Positions 50,961 through 61,791 of a stretch of DNA of 64,000 bases are shown piece by piece. The stretch comes from Nitrosopumilaceae archaeon (GTDB lineage: Archaea > Thermoproteota > Nitrososphaeria > Nitrososphaerales > Nitrosopumilaceae). Location: positions 1,632,001 through 1,696,000 of the forward strand of contig OZ242274.1 in the NCBI GenBank assembly GCA_965207375.1, read 5' to 3'. The notes under the pieces were generated by a model that saw nothing but the letters and a program-made list of their open reading frames with translations, searched no databases and had not been told where the DNA came from. How positions within the stretch are numbered: the stretch's first letter is position 1; each line of letters begins with the position of its first letter. Both the position numbers and the translations under genes were made by a program.

Positions 50961-51052
50961 ATGCACTTGTTCACATCATGCCAAATTTTTTAATTACTGT
51001 ATTCATCATTTAGGCACAAATCGACTCGATTACGTGAACAAGTATAATTCAA

Positions 51053-51469
51053 TTATTGAAGATATCTTGGTATCTTTTTAACTATGTGAGATAGTGAAAT
51101 TCTACCTGGACCAATTGCAATAATCACAAGGCTAGCAGCTAGTAAAATTAGATCAAACTCATACCCCCTATCGCCGGTAAGACTAGATGCTCCTTTTATC
51201 ACAAATATTGCCCCAATCATTATAATTGAAAGCAACGATGCAGAAATTCTAGTTAGTGCACCTATAATCAGTAAAATTCCAGGTATCAGCTCTGCCAAGG
51301 CAATGAGAATAGCCATTTCTGGTGGCATTCCCTGTTTTGAGACAAATCCTGCAAAGCCTGGATCAAACTTTCCCAAAGAATGCACGATAAAGATAATTCC
51401 TACAACTAGCCTTAAACCAAAATGTGACACGTCATGATATATGGATTGTCGAATTTCAGCAGTTGCCAT
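51053..51469 (-). CDS. DoxX-family membrane protein
   Basis: LRLVVGIIFIVH, GYEFDL, GPGRISL. Confidence 0.9.
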   Translation of the reverse strand: MATAEIRQSIYHDVSHFGLRLVVGIIFIVHSLGKFDPGFAGFVSKQGMPPEMAILIALAELIPGILLIIGALTRISASLLSIIMIGAIFVIKGASSLTGDRGYEFDLILLAASLVIIAIGPGRISLSHIVKKIPRYLQ

Positions 51470-51746
51470 GAATAATTGAAATTTATTGTTACATATATTG
51501 TATTCCTAATAACATCAAGTGATTCATTTATCATATTATTTTCACAAGATCTACATGATATCACCACATGAGATCTGAGTGATAATCAAAATCTAGGTAA
51601 AAGTTTCTGACTTGTGTATTATTTACCGGTTACAGATCATCTAAAAATATACAATGCACCTAAAACACCTGCACAAATTGAACTCGATACTAGAACAGCA
51701 ATTGCAAAGCCCCTGTTTGCAGATATCCAAGATTTTTCAGACATGG

Positions 51747-52352
51747 TTATAAAAATTGGTTTTCAAAAACTATTTGATCCAAAGGCAGCTGTCCGCCACG
51801 CACATCAGCATCCTCTAACCGTTTTCCTACTGCAATCATCATTACAATGACATGATCATCTGGCAAATTGATGATTTTTGCAAGTTTGTCGTATTCAAAA
51901 CCCACCATCGGGCAAGAGTCAAGGCCCATCTGCCGTGCTGCAAGCATTATTGTTTGTGCAGCAAAACCACACGATCTCATGGCCTCATCTCGCATATTTT
52001 GCGGACAATTATGATACTTTTGTCTCAACTTTTCAGCAACTAGATCCTGTTTTTCAACAGGGTAATTTTTCCAATACCTGTGAGGCTGCTGATTCCATGC
52101 GTTTAGATTCCCACACAGAATTATCACCAGTGAGCTGTCACTTGGCTGTGACTGCCCCCTAGCTGCTACACTAATCTGTTTTTTGATATCTTGATCAGTT
52201 ACTGTGATGAATCTCCAATTTTGTTGATTATAACTAGTAGGGGATAAAATTGCCAACTCCATCAAAAATTTTACATCTTGAGCAGTCATGATATACGTGC
52301 TGTCAAATTTTTTAATTGCACGCCTTGTTTTGATTGCATCAAATGTATCCAT
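51747..52352 (-). CDS. Nitroreductase family protein
   Basis: RRAIKKF, SPTSYNQQNWRF, GLDSCPMVGF. Confidence 0.92.
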   Translation of the reverse strand: MDTFDAIKTRRAIKKFDSTYIMTAQDVKFLMELAILSPTSYNQQNWRFITVTDQDIKKQISVAARGQSQPSDSSLVIILCGNLNAWNQQPHRYWKNYPVEKQDLVAEKLRQKYHNCPQNMRDEAMRSCGFAAQTIMLAARQMGLDSCPMVGFEYDKLAKIINLPDDHVIVMMIAVGKRLEDADVRGGQLPLDQIVFENQFL

Positions 52353-52424
52353 GTATCATCTAGATGTTTTTTGTAATTTAATTGATTCCAAAGTTATTTA
52401 GATGACTGCCAAGTTATAAGATAC

Positions 52425-52715
52425 ATGGGAGACGGGATCGGAGGCCCCGTAACAAAATGTCTTACAGGCAATGCATTTGAAATGTCTGTGACGCATTTTA
52501 GAAAGGACAATCAAGAGCAATACGGAAATATCGAAAAAATTATCATAGCTAAAGTAGATGATCCAAACAGTCCACAGTATGAGGAAAAAACAACAGAACA
52601 GTTACAGATGACACTAAATGGAAAATTTGTCACATGCAACGTACAATACAGGGACAAAAAAACAGATGCGCTAGTATGCAATGTATTTGTACAAAAACCA
52701 CCGGAAGGGTTTTAG
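52425..52715 (+). CDS. Hypothetical protein (possible SNase-like OB fold)
   Basis: 96 aa ORF. Confidence 0.55.
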   Translation: MGDGIGGPVTKCLTGNAFEMSVTHFRKDNQEQYGNIEKIIIAKVDDPNSPQYEEKTTEQLQMTLNGKFVTCNVQYRDKKTDALVCNVFVQKPPEGF

Positions 52716-53095
52716 TTTACTTTGCTTTTTTGAATCAGTATTTTTTTAATTCTAGATATGGTAGGATAGCTGTATCCTCTACGCCGATAGTTGGCAATCA
52801 TCATTTTCCAGTTTTTTATTCTCCACTGTGCCTGCTCTACGGTAACTGAATGAACCTCCTTTTGAATTATGCTTTTTCTTCCCACCTTTAGTGTGCCTGC
52901 ATCTTTTGCAGACCATCTGTTTTTTGCAAATTTAAGACCTATCAATATTTCAGAAACAGGCATGTCACGAAAATACTCGCGCATTTTTTTGAGTTGAACA
53001 TCTGTTGGTTTTTCAGATACCCAAAGCTCAACTTGTGTTTTTTCCATGTTGTATATAGGACACACATCACATATCAAATTCGTGATAAATTCCAT
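52712..53095 (-). CDS. Basic hypothetical protein
   Basis: 127 aa ORF; true start probably at MEKTQ. Confidence 0.6.
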   Translation of the reverse strand: MEFITNLICDVCPIYNMEKTQVELWVSEKPTDVQLKKMREYFRDMPVSEILIGLKFAKNRWSAKDAGTLKVGRKSIIQKEVHSVTVEQAQWRIKNWKMMIANYRRRGYSYPTISRIKKILIQKSKVN

Positions 53096-53270
53096 TTAAC
53101 AACTAGGAAAATAATTTAACAGTCAAATATTCCCAAATTGCTGTTTTTACAAACTGTATTGTAAACTCCAAATCCAAAAATAATTGCTCCAAACACGGCT
53201 AGTGGGACAATTATCAAAAGATTGGATTTTAACCCCATGATTGCAAAATGTGTCAGACGGTATAAAATAC

Positions 53271-53693
53271 CTAATCAGTCTCTATGACTAGATTGCCTAC
53301 AGTTTTTGGGTTTTGCAACAGTTTTACCATTCTTTGAGGCAGTGAATCAGATGCTTTATCACATAAAACTGCCAAGGTTCTAGGACATACAAAATCGCTT
53401 TTTCGAATAACTATATCGTCTTTGTGTGTTAGGGTCAGATCAGAATGCCCTCGTCCTTGTAGTATGAAACTTTGATCATTTACAGTAATGGTAAATGTAA
53501 CGATACGATCAGGATCCTGTAGTCTTTTTTTTAATTGTACAGGAAGGTCGTAGCATCCGCATGATGCATTGACTCCGATTATGCAGTCTCCTCGAATAGT
53601 CAGCTCAGAGTCTTTTGTAATTTCCATGGTTTTTTTGTGAAGGGCCAAAATGTTGACATGACCTGAAAATGAAATTTCAAACCGCACGGTCAA
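53271..53693 (-). CDS. DUF371 family protein
   Basis: GHVNILALH...EITKD..LT.RGDCIIG, DIVIRKS. Confidence 0.85.
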   Translation of the reverse strand: MTVRFEISFSGHVNILALHKKTMEITKDSELTIRGDCIIGVNASCGCYDLPVQLKKRLQDPDRIVTFTITVNDQSFILQGRGHSDLTLTHKDDIVIRKSDFVCPRTLAVLCDKASDSLPQRMVKLLQNPKTVGNLVIETD

Positions 53694-53740
53694 ACTAGTA
53701 GGCTAGACTTAAATTAAACTTTCAAAACATCAAAAATGAA

Positions 53741-54478
53741 ATGCTTCCTGCACAGCAAGGTTATGATAGAGCAATTACTGTATTTTCGCCAGATGGTAGA
53801 TTATACCAAGTAGAGTATGCCATTGAAACCGTACGCAGAGGCACCATTGCAGTAGGAGTAAAATGCAAACAGGGTGTAGTTATTGCAGTAGAAGAAAAGG
53901 CAAGAAAATTACAGATTTCAGAACATGCCCAGAAAATATTTGAGATAGACCAGCATGTTGGTGTGGCAGCAGCAGGATACATTCCGGATGCAAGAAGCCA
54001 GGTAGATAATGCACGGTTTTTCTCTCAAAGTAACAGGCTAATTTACGACGAGGAAGTCGAGGTAGAAACAATTGCAAAACACCTAGCAGATCAAAGCCAG
54101 CAATTTACACAATATGCAGGAGTAAGACCAAACGGCGTTGCGTTAATTCTAGCAGGAGTAAACAGAGAATCAAGCCAGCTATATCTTACTGACCCAAGCG
54201 GCACATACATTTCATATGATGCAGTTGCGATAGGTGCAAACTCTGATAGAGTTACGGAATTTTTAGAAAAAACTTACAAATCCGATTTATCACTAGAGGA
54301 TGCATCAGCACTTGCCACAGCTTCTATATTTATCGCAAGTGATGACAAGGATGCAACTAAAAACATACGTATGGCACAAGTAAAATCAGATGCGGGCAAA
54401 TTTGAGCTCGTATCAGAAGAACAGATTGCAAACTATGCAAAAAATGCAAAGGAAAAATTTCCGGCAAAACAAAACTAA
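53741..54478 (+). CDS. psmA: Proteasome subunit alpha
   Basis: YDRAITVFSPDGRLYQVEYA signature. Confidence 0.97.
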   Translation: MLPAQQGYDRAITVFSPDGRLYQVEYAIETVRRGTIAVGVKCKQGVVIAVEEKARKLQISEHAQKIFEIDQHVGVAAAGYIPDARSQVDNARFFSQSNRLIYDEEVEVETIAKHLADQSQQFTQYAGVRPNGVALILAGVNRESSQLYLTDPSGTYISYDAVAIGANSDRVTEFLEKTYKSDLSLEDASALATASIFIASDDKDATKNIRMAQVKSDAGKFELVSEEQIANYAKNAKEKFPAKQN

Positions 54479-54486
54479 GATTAGAG

Positions 54487-55290
54487 TTGAAACTTTCAAT
54501 AGCAATACCAGATTCGTGCCTAAACGATGAGCATACAAACTTGGACAAGTCAAGAAAGATTGCAAGTATTGCAAGGGCCTGTGCAGTTTTTCAGATAGAG
54601 ACCATATACATTTATCAACACGACTCTGACAGCAACGATAAAACACTACTCCTTACAATTCTCAAATATTTAGACACACCACAATTTTTGAGAAAGAGAC
54701 TGTTTCCCAAAATGAACGAACTAAAGTATGCAGGAGTCTTGCATCCGTTAAAGATTCCAAGTCACATAACTCTTGCAGACGCTAAAAAAATCAAAAACGG
54801 CACACATCGTGACGGCATTATAGTAAAGACTAGGGGACAGATATTTGCAGATTTTGGGATTAACATGCTGTTGTCATATCGGGGAAATCTCGGAATAGGA
54901 AAAAGAATCACTGCAAGATTTAGTTCAGGAGCACCAGACTACAAATACAAGCAGGTCACAAAGGAAGAAACTGCACAATACTGGGGCTATATTGTCAAAG
55001 AGCGGGGCCCGCTTGCAAAGCTGCTCTCATCCTGGGAGGATGCAATAATTTTAACCTCTAGAAAAGGCAAAATAATAACACAGGAGCAGATCAAAAATTA
55101 TCAAAGTGCAGACGGCAGACTGCTAGTGGTATATGGCTCTACCGAAAAGGGAATTCATGAGATCTTGGGGAAAAATCTCAACAACATACCAAACTCGCGC
55201 GTTTTGAATTTTTTTCCAAACCAGGCCACAGAAACTGTACGTCTAGAGGAGGCAATACTAGGAACTCTGGCAATGCTGAATCTGCCATAG
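54487..55290 (+). CDS. SPOUT RNA methyltransferase (DUF171)
   Basis: IAIPDS, TPQFLRK, YWGY, PNQATETVRLEEA; upstream of rpl3. Confidence 0.88.
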   Translation: MKLSIAIPDSCLNDEHTNLDKSRKIASIARACAVFQIETIYIYQHDSDSNDKTLLLTILKYLDTPQFLRKRLFPKMNELKYAGVLHPLKIPSHITLADAKKIKNGTHRDGIIVKTRGQIFADFGINMLLSYRGNLGIGKRITARFSSGAPDYKYKQVTKEETAQYWGYIVKERGPLAKLLSSWEDAIILTSRKGKIITQEQIKNYQSADGRLLVVYGSTEKGIHEILGKNLNNIPNSRVLNFFPNQATETVRLEEAILGTLAMLNLP

Positions 55291-55319
55291 ACTAAATATA
55301 GATCTTGCAGGAGGATATC

Positions 55320-55424
55320 ATGGAAAAGAAAAATTTTTTGGTTTTGGCTATGGCAATGGGTGCAATTGGTATAGTCATTGGCAGCTATAGCATCTGGAAT
55401 ATATCTAGCATGTTGCAACCTTGA
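55320..55424 (+). CDS. Small single-TM protein (34 aa)
   Basis: Hand translation MEKKNFLVLAMAMGAIGIVIGSYSIWNISSMLQP; GGAGG upstream. Confidence 0.45.
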   Translation: MEKKNFLVLAMAMGAIGIVIGSYSIWNISSMLQP

Positions 55425-55494
55425 TAGGATCATTTTTGCAGTCTTAAAAATTTAATAAGTATATAATGGGGTTAACGACTTTTTTCGTTTATCC

Positions 55495-56493
55495 ATGGGA
55501 CACAGAAAACACAGTCAACCGCGCAGAGGTAGTCTTGCATATCTGCCTAGAGGCCGTGCTAAAAGTATGGAGCCAAGAATCAGAATGCGCGGATGGGCTC
55601 AAACAGACTCTAAAGAGCCGCATTTGCTTGCACATTGTGGATTCAAGGTAGGATGTGTGCAGCTTGTAACAATTGATGACAGAGAGCACGTACCAAACCA
55701 TGGAAAGCAGTTAGTTAGTTTGGGAACGGTTCTAGCCACACCTCCGGTTTTAGTTTTAGGAGTAAGAGGATATTCAAAGGATGCAGACGGAATGCATGCA
55801 GAATTTGACGTATACTCTGAAGATCTTCCAAAAAATCTTTCAAAGGAGATAAGTGTGAAAAACCGCGATGGTGCAGTAGAGAATGCACAAAAAAGACTGC
55901 ACAGCATCAAAGAAATTTTTGCCATAGTTACGGTTTTGCCAAGGTCAGTTGGTTTAGAGCAAAAAAAGCCGTATATTTTCGAGGTACCAGTAAGGGGTGC
56001 AGATGTGCAAAAGCAGTTTGAATATGTCAGGGATTTACTAGGAAAGGAGGTAAAATTTGATCAGGTTTTTGAAACAGGTGCCAGCGTAGATGTTGCAGCA
56101 ATTACAAAAGGCAAGGGATGGCAGGGAGTAATTCAAAGATATGGTGCAAAAAGAAAACAGCACAAATCAAGAAAGACAGTCAGAGAGATAGGCTCGCTAG
56201 GACCAATTTCACCGCAAAATATCATGTATACTGTACCACGAGCAGGACAGATGGGATTTCATCAAAGAATAGAATACAACAAGAGAATTATGGTAGTAGC
56301 AAATGCAGATGACGGCAAGACAAAAATCAATCCAGACGGCGGATACAAACATTTCGGATTAGTAAATGGTGATTATATTATTTTAAAGGGCTCAGTTCCC
56401 GGAACATATCGCAGATTAATTAAAATGCGCAAGCAAATCAGAAACGAGCCTGACAAGATAATAAAACCAAACATCTTGGAGGTAGTAATATGA
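55495..56493 (+). CDS. rpl3: 50S ribosomal protein L3 (uL3)
   Basis: PRRGSL, TKGKG, GQMGFHQR. Confidence 0.97.
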   Translation: MGHRKHSQPRRGSLAYLPRGRAKSMEPRIRMRGWAQTDSKEPHLLAHCGFKVGCVQLVTIDDREHVPNHGKQLVSLGTVLATPPVLVLGVRGYSKDADGMHAEFDVYSEDLPKNLSKEISVKNRDGAVENAQKRLHSIKEIFAIVTVLPRSVGLEQKKPYIFEVPVRGADVQKQFEYVRDLLGKEVKFDQVFETGASVDVAAITKGKGWQGVIQRYGAKRKQHKSRKTVREIGSLGPISPQNIMYTVPRAGQMGFHQRIEYNKRIMVVANADDGKTKINPDGGYKHFGLVNGDYIILKGSVPGTYRRLIKMRKQIRNEPDKIIKPNILEVVI

Positions 56494-57302
56494 AATCACA
56501 GGTATATTCGGTATCTGGTGTAAAACAAGACGAGATGGAGCTGCCTCAGGTATTTTCCACACCTGTAAAAAGAGAGGTAATTCAAAAGGCATACATCAAT
56601 TTAGAATCACACAAATTCCAGCCAAAAGGAACGCACCCTACTGCAGGTATGGATGTGGTTGCAAGATCAAATGACCCACCTACAGGCCAAGGCTCATCAC
56701 GTATTGCAAAAATGCGCGGTGGAGGAGGCGGCCGCCAGGGACAAGCAGGTGGAGTAGCATCAGTCAGGGGCGGTAGACAGGCACATCCACCAAAGGTTCA
56801 AAAAGTCATTTACAAAAAACTCAACAAAAAAGAAAACAAGCTAGCACTGTGTAGTGCAATTGCTGCAACATCATCAAAAGACCTGATACAGGCAAGAGGC
56901 CACAAAGTGGGCTCAAATGAATCATTTCCAATTATTGTTTCAGATGAGATTGAATCTATAATCAAAACACAGGAACTCGTACAGACAATTGAATCCTTGA
57001 ATCTAACAGATGACCTAAACCGGTTAAAAGACAGAAAGGCACGTACCGGCAAATCAGCACTGCGAGGAAGAACAAAAAAGGTTGGAAAAAGCATTCTATT
57101 TGTTGTGAAATCCTCAGAAAAACTAGCAATGGCTGCAGGTGCAATACCTGGAGTAGATGTAAAGGCAGCAAATGATCTAAGCGTGTTAGATTTAGCACCA
57201 GGTTCTACTCTTATTCGATTAACGGTTTATTCAAAGGCTGCAATTGCAGAGATTGCAAAAATAAAATCCACACATCTGGAGTTAATGGTGAAGGTACAAT
57301 GA
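56490..57302 (+). CDS. rpl4: 50S ribosomal protein L4 (uL4)
   Basis: GGRQAHPP, NKKE, LAPG. Confidence 0.96.
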   Translation: MKSQVYSVSGVKQDEMELPQVFSTPVKREVIQKAYINLESHKFQPKGTHPTAGMDVVARSNDPPTGQGSSRIAKMRGGGGGRQGQAGGVASVRGGRQAHPPKVQKVIYKKLNKKENKLALCSAIAATSSKDLIQARGHKVGSNESFPIIVSDEIESIIKTQELVQTIESLNLTDDLNRLKDRKARTGKSALRGRTKKVGKSILFVVKSSEKLAMAAGAIPGVDVKAANDLSVLDLAPGSTLIRLTVYSKAAIAEIAKIKSTHLELMVKVQ

Positions 57303-57565
57303 ACGTAGAGCAGGCAATGAAGGTTGTTTTAAAACCATACATTACAGAAAAGACATTTGCCATGGTAGAGACAGAAAGCAAGATCTGTTTTATTGTAAAC
57401 AAAACAGCAAGCAAACCCCAGATAAGAGAGGCAATTGAGACCCTGTATAAGGCAAGTGCAATAGATGTAAACACCGCAAGGACAATTTACGGTAAAAAGG
57501 CCTTTGTACAGTTTGATAATGCAGAAAAGGCAAGGGACCTAGCCACAAAAATAGGAATGCTATAA
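57299..57565 (+). CDS. rpl23: 50S ribosomal protein L23 (uL23)
   Basis: PYITEK, GKKAFV. Confidence 0.96.
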   Translation: MNVEQAMKVVLKPYITEKTFAMVETESKICFIVNKTASKPQIREAIETLYKASAIDVNTARTIYGKKAFVQFDNAEKARDLATKIGML

Positions 57566-57606
57566 TATGGTTTGCAGATTTTCGCTTGTACTAGAGGAGA
57601 AAAAAG

Positions 57607-58002
57607 ATGGTTAAAGAGTTCAATTATAGAGGTATTGCACACGAGGAATTAGAAAATATCCAGCTAGAAAAGCTGTTCCAGTTGTTTACTGCCCGTCAGA
57701 GAAGATCGCTTACAAGGGGAATTACAGATGGAAAGAGAAAACTGATCGAGGAGATAAAAAGTGCAAAGGCAGGAAAGCTAAAGAATCCAATTAAAACCCA
57801 TGTCAGGGACTTGATTGTCTTGCCGTACATGGTAGGAATTACAGTCAACGTATTTTCTGGAAAAGAGTTTGTTCCAGTTTCAATCAAAGAGGAGATGATA
57901 GGCCATTATTTGGGCGAATACGTCATTACCAATAAACGAGTCCAGCACGGTGCACCCGGTGTTGGTGCATCAAGATCCAGCCTGTACGTGCCATTAAAGT
58001 GA
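57607..58002 (+). CDS. rps19: 30S ribosomal protein S19 (uS19)
   Basis: MIGHYLGE, HGAPGVGASRSS. Confidence 0.97.
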   Translation: MVKEFNYRGIAHEELENIQLEKLFQLFTARQRRSLTRGITDGKRKLIEEIKSAKAGKLKNPIKTHVRDLIVLPYMVGITVNVFSGKEFVPVSIKEEMIGHYLGEYVITNKRVQHGAPGVGASRSSLYVPLK

Positions 58003-58007
58003 TAGTT

Positions 58008-58466
58008 ATGACAAGATTCGGTTACGCATTTCAAAATTATGATACAACAAAACATGTCAGAGCATCTACCAGAGAGAAAAACATGTCACACAAGCATGCA
58101 AGAGAAATTGCGCACCGGATCAAAGATATGAGAGTTGAAAAGGCACGAGACTTTTTGCAAAGAGTAACGAGAATGCAAAGTGCAGTACCTATGAAAAGGT
58201 TCAAAAATCAGGTGGGCCACAAGTCAGACCCCGGACTCATGGCAGGTAGATATCCGCAAAAAACTGCCAAAGAATTTTTGAAGCTTTTAGACAACCTAGA
58301 ATCAAACGCAGAATACAAGGGAATGGATTTGGACAGATTAAAGATTGTAAATGCAACAACGCACAAGGGTGTTTTGGTAAAAAGATTCATCCCAAGGGCA
58401 ATGGGCAGGGCCACTCCAAAAAACAACGTATTGACTCATGCCGAAATTGTGGCAATGGAGGTATAA
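58008..58466 (+). CDS. rpl22: 50S ribosomal protein L22 (uL22)
   Basis: GRYPQK, NAEYKG, PRAMGRATP. Confidence 0.96.
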   Translation: MTRFGYAFQNYDTTKHVRASTREKNMSHKHAREIAHRIKDMRVEKARDFLQRVTRMQSAVPMKRFKNQVGHKSDPGLMAGRYPQKTAKEFLKLLDNLESNAEYKGMDLDRLKIVNATTHKGVLVKRFIPRAMGRATPKNNVLTHAEIVAMEV

Positions 58467-58469
58467 AAC

Positions 58470-59213
58470 ATGTCAGTCAAAAATGTAATAAAAGATAACT
58501 ACAACATGATGTTGCTAAAAGACTATCTAAGAGAAAAGATAAAGGATGCAGGATTCTCAGAGGTCGAAATGGCAAAAACACCTACAGGTACAAGGGTGTC
58601 GCTACACGTTACAAGACCAGGAATAGTAATTGGCAGAAAAGGCTCTGGCATCAAGGAATTAACCGAAGTATTAACTGAAAGATTTGGCTTGAAGAATCCA
58701 CAGATTTCAGTTGTAGAAATTGACAAGCCAGAATTGTCACCAAGCGTCATGTGTAACAGAATTGCAACTCATATCTCACGAGGCATTGCATTTAGAAGAG
58801 CCACAATGTGGACGCTAAAACAGATAATGGAAAACGGAGCAATGGGGGTTCAGATTACAGTTTCAGGTAAGCTAAGAGGCGACAGATCGGCCTTTGAAAA
58901 ACACACTCAAGGAATACTTCCAAGGGCAGGCCATCACGCAGAGGTAATTGTTTCAGAAGATATTGCTCACGTAAAAACCCCGATGGGTCTAATCGGAGTC
59001 AGAATCAGAATTGCAAGAAAGGAAAAGGTTATTCCAGAGTTTGAAATGATTCGTCAAAAGCCAAAGCAGGTCAAAGACAAAGATACAGGAAAGATGAGAG
59101 ACGAAACAGAGACCGAACGCAAGGCAAGAACCGAATCAGAGCAAATCGCACTAGAAGAGGAAAAGATGAAAGAGTTAGAAACACTAGAAGAAGAGGAGCA
59201 GCAACTAAAATGA
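58470..59213 (+). CDS. rps3: 30S ribosomal protein S3 (uS3)
   Basis: [12 protein letters not shown] motif, SGKL. Confidence 0.97.
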   Translation: MSVKNVIKDNYNMMLLKDYLREKIKDAGFSEVEMAKTPTGTRVSLHVTRPGIVIGRKGSGIKELTEVLTERFGLKNPQISVVEIDKPELSPSVMCNRIATHISRGIAFRRATMWTLKQIMENGAMGVQITVSGKLRGDRSAFEKHTQGILPRAGHHAEVIVSEDIAHVKTPMGLIGVRIRIARKEKVIPEFEMIRQKPKQVKDKDTGKMRDETETERKARTESEQIALEEEKMKELETLEEEEQQLK

Positions 59214-59413
59214 GCAGAATAAAAATGAAGACAATCAGGGCATTTAACGCCTCAGATCTGCGGCAACACATACAAGAGACACGTGGAGAGCTAGGAAAGC
59301 TGCGAACCGATGCTGCAAAGGGAACCCTGCGCAAAGAAAGCGGCAAAATAAAGGCGTTAAAAAAGGACATTGCAAGAATGAAGACAAGGCAAAGCGAGAT
59401 GAAAAACCAATGA
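59210..59413 (+). CDS. rpl29: 50S ribosomal protein L29 (uL29)
   Basis: KKDIARMKT; synteny. Confidence 0.93.
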   Translation: MSRIKMKTIRAFNASDLRQHIQETRGELGKLRTDAAKGTLRKESGKIKALKKDIARMKTRQSEMKNQ

Positions 59414-59676
59414 TCACACCAGATAACATTTTCAGACACGAGTTAGTAGGATTGCATGCTGTAATAGTAAACGCTACAAATTCCCAGATGATAGGCATTT
59501 CTGGAACCGTAATTGATGAGACAAAATCTATGTTAATACTAGATACCAAATCAGGAACAAAAATGATTCCAAAAAATACCAGCAAGTGGAGATTTGACGT
59601 AGCAGGAAGGCATATCCATATTAATGGAGAGCAAATTACAAAACGTTCAGCAGAGAGGTTGATGATAAAGGTATGA
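59410..59676 (+). CDS. rnp1: Ribonuclease P protein component 1 (Rpp29)
   Basis: HELVGL, GTVIDET, IPK; synteny. Confidence 0.92.
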   Translation: MITPDNIFRHELVGLHAVIVNATNSQMIGISGTVIDETKSMLILDTKSGTKMIPKNTSKWRFDVAGRHIHINGEQITKRSAERLMIKV

Positions 59677-59996
59677 CTCAAAACATTGGAATAAGTGTTC
59701 AAACACCCGAGGAAAAATGTGACGACATACACTGTCCTTTTCACGGCAAGCTATCAATTCGAGGCAAGCTCTTTGATGGCAAGGCAACAGGCACCAAGGC
59801 AAGACAAACCATTACGCTGCAAAAGGAGGCACCAGTATATATGAGCAAATTCAAAAGATATGCAAGGAGTAAAAGTACTATTCATGCACATGTTCCTGCA
59901 TGTATTTCGGTAAATAGTGGAGACATTGTTCGCACCGCCGAATGCAGGCCAATATCAAAATCAGTATCATTTGTAGTTGTGGAGGTCAAAGGATAA
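59673..59996 (+). CDS. rps17: 30S ribosomal protein S17 (uS17)
   Basis: CPFHG, ECRPISK. Confidence 0.96.
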   Translation: MTQNIGISVQTPEEKCDDIHCPFHGKLSIRGKLFDGKATGTKARQTITLQKEAPVYMSKFKRYARSKSTIHAHVPACISVNSGDIVRTAECRPISKSVSFVVVEVKG

Positions 59997-60430
59997 TGTC
60001 ACAGGGCCGTAGCAGAGGCAAGTCAAAGGGCGTATCTGAGTTTAGGCCATATGTTACAAAGTCATTGCCTGTAGGTGCAGAAATCGTATGTGCGGACAAT
60101 TCTGGTGCAAAAATAATCGAGATAGTAATGGTACCAGGACACAAAACCCGTGTTTCAAGGCTGCCTGCAGCATCTGTTGGAGACTTTGTCAACGTCGTTG
60201 TAAAAAAGGGACCAGCAGAGTTGAGAAAGCAAGTCTTTGGCGCAGTTATAATTAGACAGAAATATCCAATAAGAAGACTAAACGGTGTAAGAGTTGCATT
60301 TGAGGATAATGCCGCAGTTTTAATGACTCCCGAAGGAGAAGCCAAGGGAACCGACATTAAAGGACCCGTAGCATCAGAGGCCACAGAGAAATGGCCAAGG
60401 GTTGCCAATCTGGCATCAATGGTGGTATAG
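59996..60430 (+). CDS. rpl14: 50S ribosomal protein L14 (uL14)
   Basis: CADNSGAK, FEDNAAV; ATG overlaps the rps17 stop. Confidence 0.96.
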   Translation: MSQGRSRGKSKGVSEFRPYVTKSLPVGAEIVCADNSGAKIIEIVMVPGHKTRVSRLPAASVGDFVNVVVKKGPAELRKQVFGAVIIRQKYPIRRLNGVRVAFEDNAAVLMTPEGEAKGTDIKGPVASEATEKWPRVANLASMVV

Positions 60431-61069
60431 ATGAAGCCGACAAAGATGAGAAACCAACAATTGTATCGCGCAACTTATGCTGCAAAAAGCGCGCAGGTAT
60501 CTAGTCCGTTATCAAATGATTTACAAAAAAAATATGGCAAAAAATCAATCAGGGTCAGAGAGGGAGATTCGGTCAGAGTGGTAAGAGGTGAGTACCGTGG
60601 AATTGATGGCAAAATTGCATCTGTTTTAACAGAGGCAGGCAAAGTAGCAATTGAGGGAGTCAAAAGAGAAAAGACACGAGGAGACAAGTTTGATGTACAT
60701 ATTCATGCCTCAAATATTGTAGTTACAGACATTAACGATAATGATAAATGGAGAATAAAAAAGACAGGGGATCAAAAATATACCACACACAAAGACCTTA
60801 CACAAACAGAAGAAAAACAACAGTACAAGCATTTTGAACGAGTGCCCTTTTCAAAAACAGAAAAAGAGGCACAAGTGTCAGATACAGAGTCAGAAAAGGT
60901 AGAAAAACCGCAAGTAATAGATGAGCCTACAGATATGGAAAAGTTGATGAAACAGAGGGCAGAAAATGTACAACAAGAGTTAGAAGGGTCAGAAGATATA
61001 CAAGATACAGCAGAGTCAGAAGATATACAAGATACAGCAGATACAAAAAAGTCAGAGGATGATACATAA
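60431..61069 (+). CDS. rpl24: 50S ribosomal protein L24 (uL24) with acidic C-terminal extension
   Basis: [12 protein letters not shown] motif, IHASN. Confidence 0.93.
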   Translation: MKPTKMRNQQLYRATYAAKSAQVSSPLSNDLQKKYGKKSIRVREGDSVRVVRGEYRGIDGKIASVLTEAGKVAIEGVKREKTRGDKFDVHIHASNIVVTDINDNDKWRIKKTGDQKYTTHKDLTQTEEKQQYKHFERVPFSKTEKEAQVSDTESEKVEKPQVIDEPTDMEKLMKQRAENVQQELEGSEDIQDTAESEDIQDTADTKKSEDDT

Positions 61070-61785
61070 TGGTAAGCATATCAGGCAGTAAAAAACTCAA
61101 GCGTCAAATGGCACCACTATTTTGGGGAATTGCCAGAAAGGGGAAAAGATTTGTAATTACAGTAAGACCAGGCCCGCATCCAAAGCACCTGTCAATACCA
61201 AGTGCAGTATTTCTCAGAGATACCATCAAAATAGTAACAACGCTTAGAGAGGCAAAATCTGCAATCTATGCAGGAAAGGTAAAGGTGGACGGAGTTATCA
61301 GAAGGTCGCTTCATCACGGTATTGGCCTGATGGATGTAGTGGAATTGGAAAATGTAGATGACATATACAGACTAGTTCCAAGCCAGGGCGCCTTGTTGGC
61401 ACCGCTTAAAATTAACCCAGATGAAAAGACAAAAAAGATGTGCAAGGTGACATCAAAGACCTCCATTAAGGGTGGAAAAACACAGATTGGAATGCATGAT
61501 GGTAAGACAATAATTTCAGATACAGATGTCAAAGTGGGCGATACGTGTATTGTGCAGATTCCTGATCAAAAGATACTAGATATTATAAAACTCCAAACTG
61601 GGGTTCAGATTATAGTTACAAAGGGTACAAACGCAGGCAGAATAGGAACCGTAGAAAAGATCGAGGACGGTACATTTAATCTTCCAAAAAGGGCGCTAGT
61701 CTCATTGGGAGATAGAAAAATCGAGATTCAGACAGAAAACACAATGGCTGTAGGAAAAGACAAACCAGTAATTCAAATCAGGTGA
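61069..61785 (+). CDS. rps4e: 30S ribosomal protein S4e (eS4)
   Basis: LKRQMAP, PGPH, GLMDV. Confidence 0.96.
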   Translation: MVSISGSKKLKRQMAPLFWGIARKGKRFVITVRPGPHPKHLSIPSAVFLRDTIKIVTTLREAKSAIYAGKVKVDGVIRRSLHHGIGLMDVVELENVDDIYRLVPSQGALLAPLKINPDEKTKKMCKVTSKTSIKGGKTQIGMHDGKTIISDTDVKVGDTCIVQIPDQKILDIIKLQTGVQIIVTKGTNAGRIGTVEKIEDGTFNLPKRALVSLGDRKIEIQTENTMAVGKDKPVIQIR

Positions 61786-61791
61786 TAAAAT

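Noticed and set aside
57566..57606. Absence of rpl2 between rpl23 and rps19
   Set aside because: Relocation of rpl2 is, to my knowledge, usual in this lineage
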